Assembly (NCBI GenBank): GCA_964016885.1
Contig: OZ024743.1
Span: 261,950,001 to 262,014,000, forward strand
Length of the DNA: 64,000 nucleotides
DNA from: Eledone cirrhosa
Lineage: Eukaryota
Direction of reading: 5' to 3'
The notes under the pieces were generated by a model. The model worked only from the letters and a program-made list of their open reading frames with translations. It had not been told where the DNA came from and made no database searches. The translations under genes and the position numbers were made by a program. Below are positions 63,601-64,000 of this stretch, one piece after another (the first letter of the stretch is position 1; each line of letters begins with the position of its first letter).

Positions 63601-64000
63601 ATATTGTATATATTGTAATATTGTAATATTGTATATATTGTAATATTGTAATATTGTATATATTGTAATATTGTAATATTGTATACATTGTAATATTGTA
63701 ATATTGTATACATTGTAATATTGTAATATTGTAATATTGTATATATTGTAATATTGTATATATTGTAATATTGTAATATTGTATATATTGTAATATTGTA
63801 ATATTGTATACATTGTAATATTGTAATATTGTATACATTGTAATATTGTAATATTGTAATATTGTAATATTGTAATATTGTAATATATTATAATATTGTA
63901 ATATTGTATACATTGTAATATTGTAATATTGTAATATTGTATATATTGTAATATTGTAATATTGTAATATTGTAATATTGTATACATTGTAATATTGTAA
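60612..64000. repeat. AT-rich satellite of interspersed 8-nt (ATTGTAAT) and 9-nt (ATTGTATAT/ATTGTATAC) units
   Basis: Direct reading; runs off the window end. Confidence 0.97.

Noticed and set aside
60614-63987. 1099-aa, 712-aa and other minus-strand ORFs (YNITILQ repeats)
   Set aside because: Satellite with 8/9-nt units. The same peptides appear in all three frames because the units lack stops.

Overview
AT-rich, microsatellite-dense eukaryotic DNA. The repeat content (RTE LINEs, CORE-type and Meta-type tRNA-SINEs, Penelope relics) suggests a mollusc, probably an octopus; that assignment is inference. One + strand multi-exon gene can be assembled by eye. It has seven phase-compatible GT-AG exons between 29590 and 56643 (4485 nt, 1495 codons, both ends missing) and encodes two PAN/Apple domains, a ~1230-aa Thr/Pro/Ser/Glu mucin region, a WSC domain split over two exons and a 21-nt microexon. 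Most of the rest is transposon-derived. This includes an apparently intact RTE LINE (51411-~55680, minus) with a C4HC3 PHD-type finger inside its reverse transcriptase, a second RTE family with C2H2 fingers and internally deleted derivatives, SINEs, Helitrons, MITEs, and CR1-like, R4-like and Penelope fragments. The main signal the ORF track cannot show is about a dozen type I hammerhead ribozyme motifs from at least six sequence families. They include U3-A8 core variants, covarying stems and palindromic stem III, sit in inverted or partial tandem repeats, and cluster in the introns of the mucin gene. Most long low-complexity ORFs in the track are simple-repeat artefacts.
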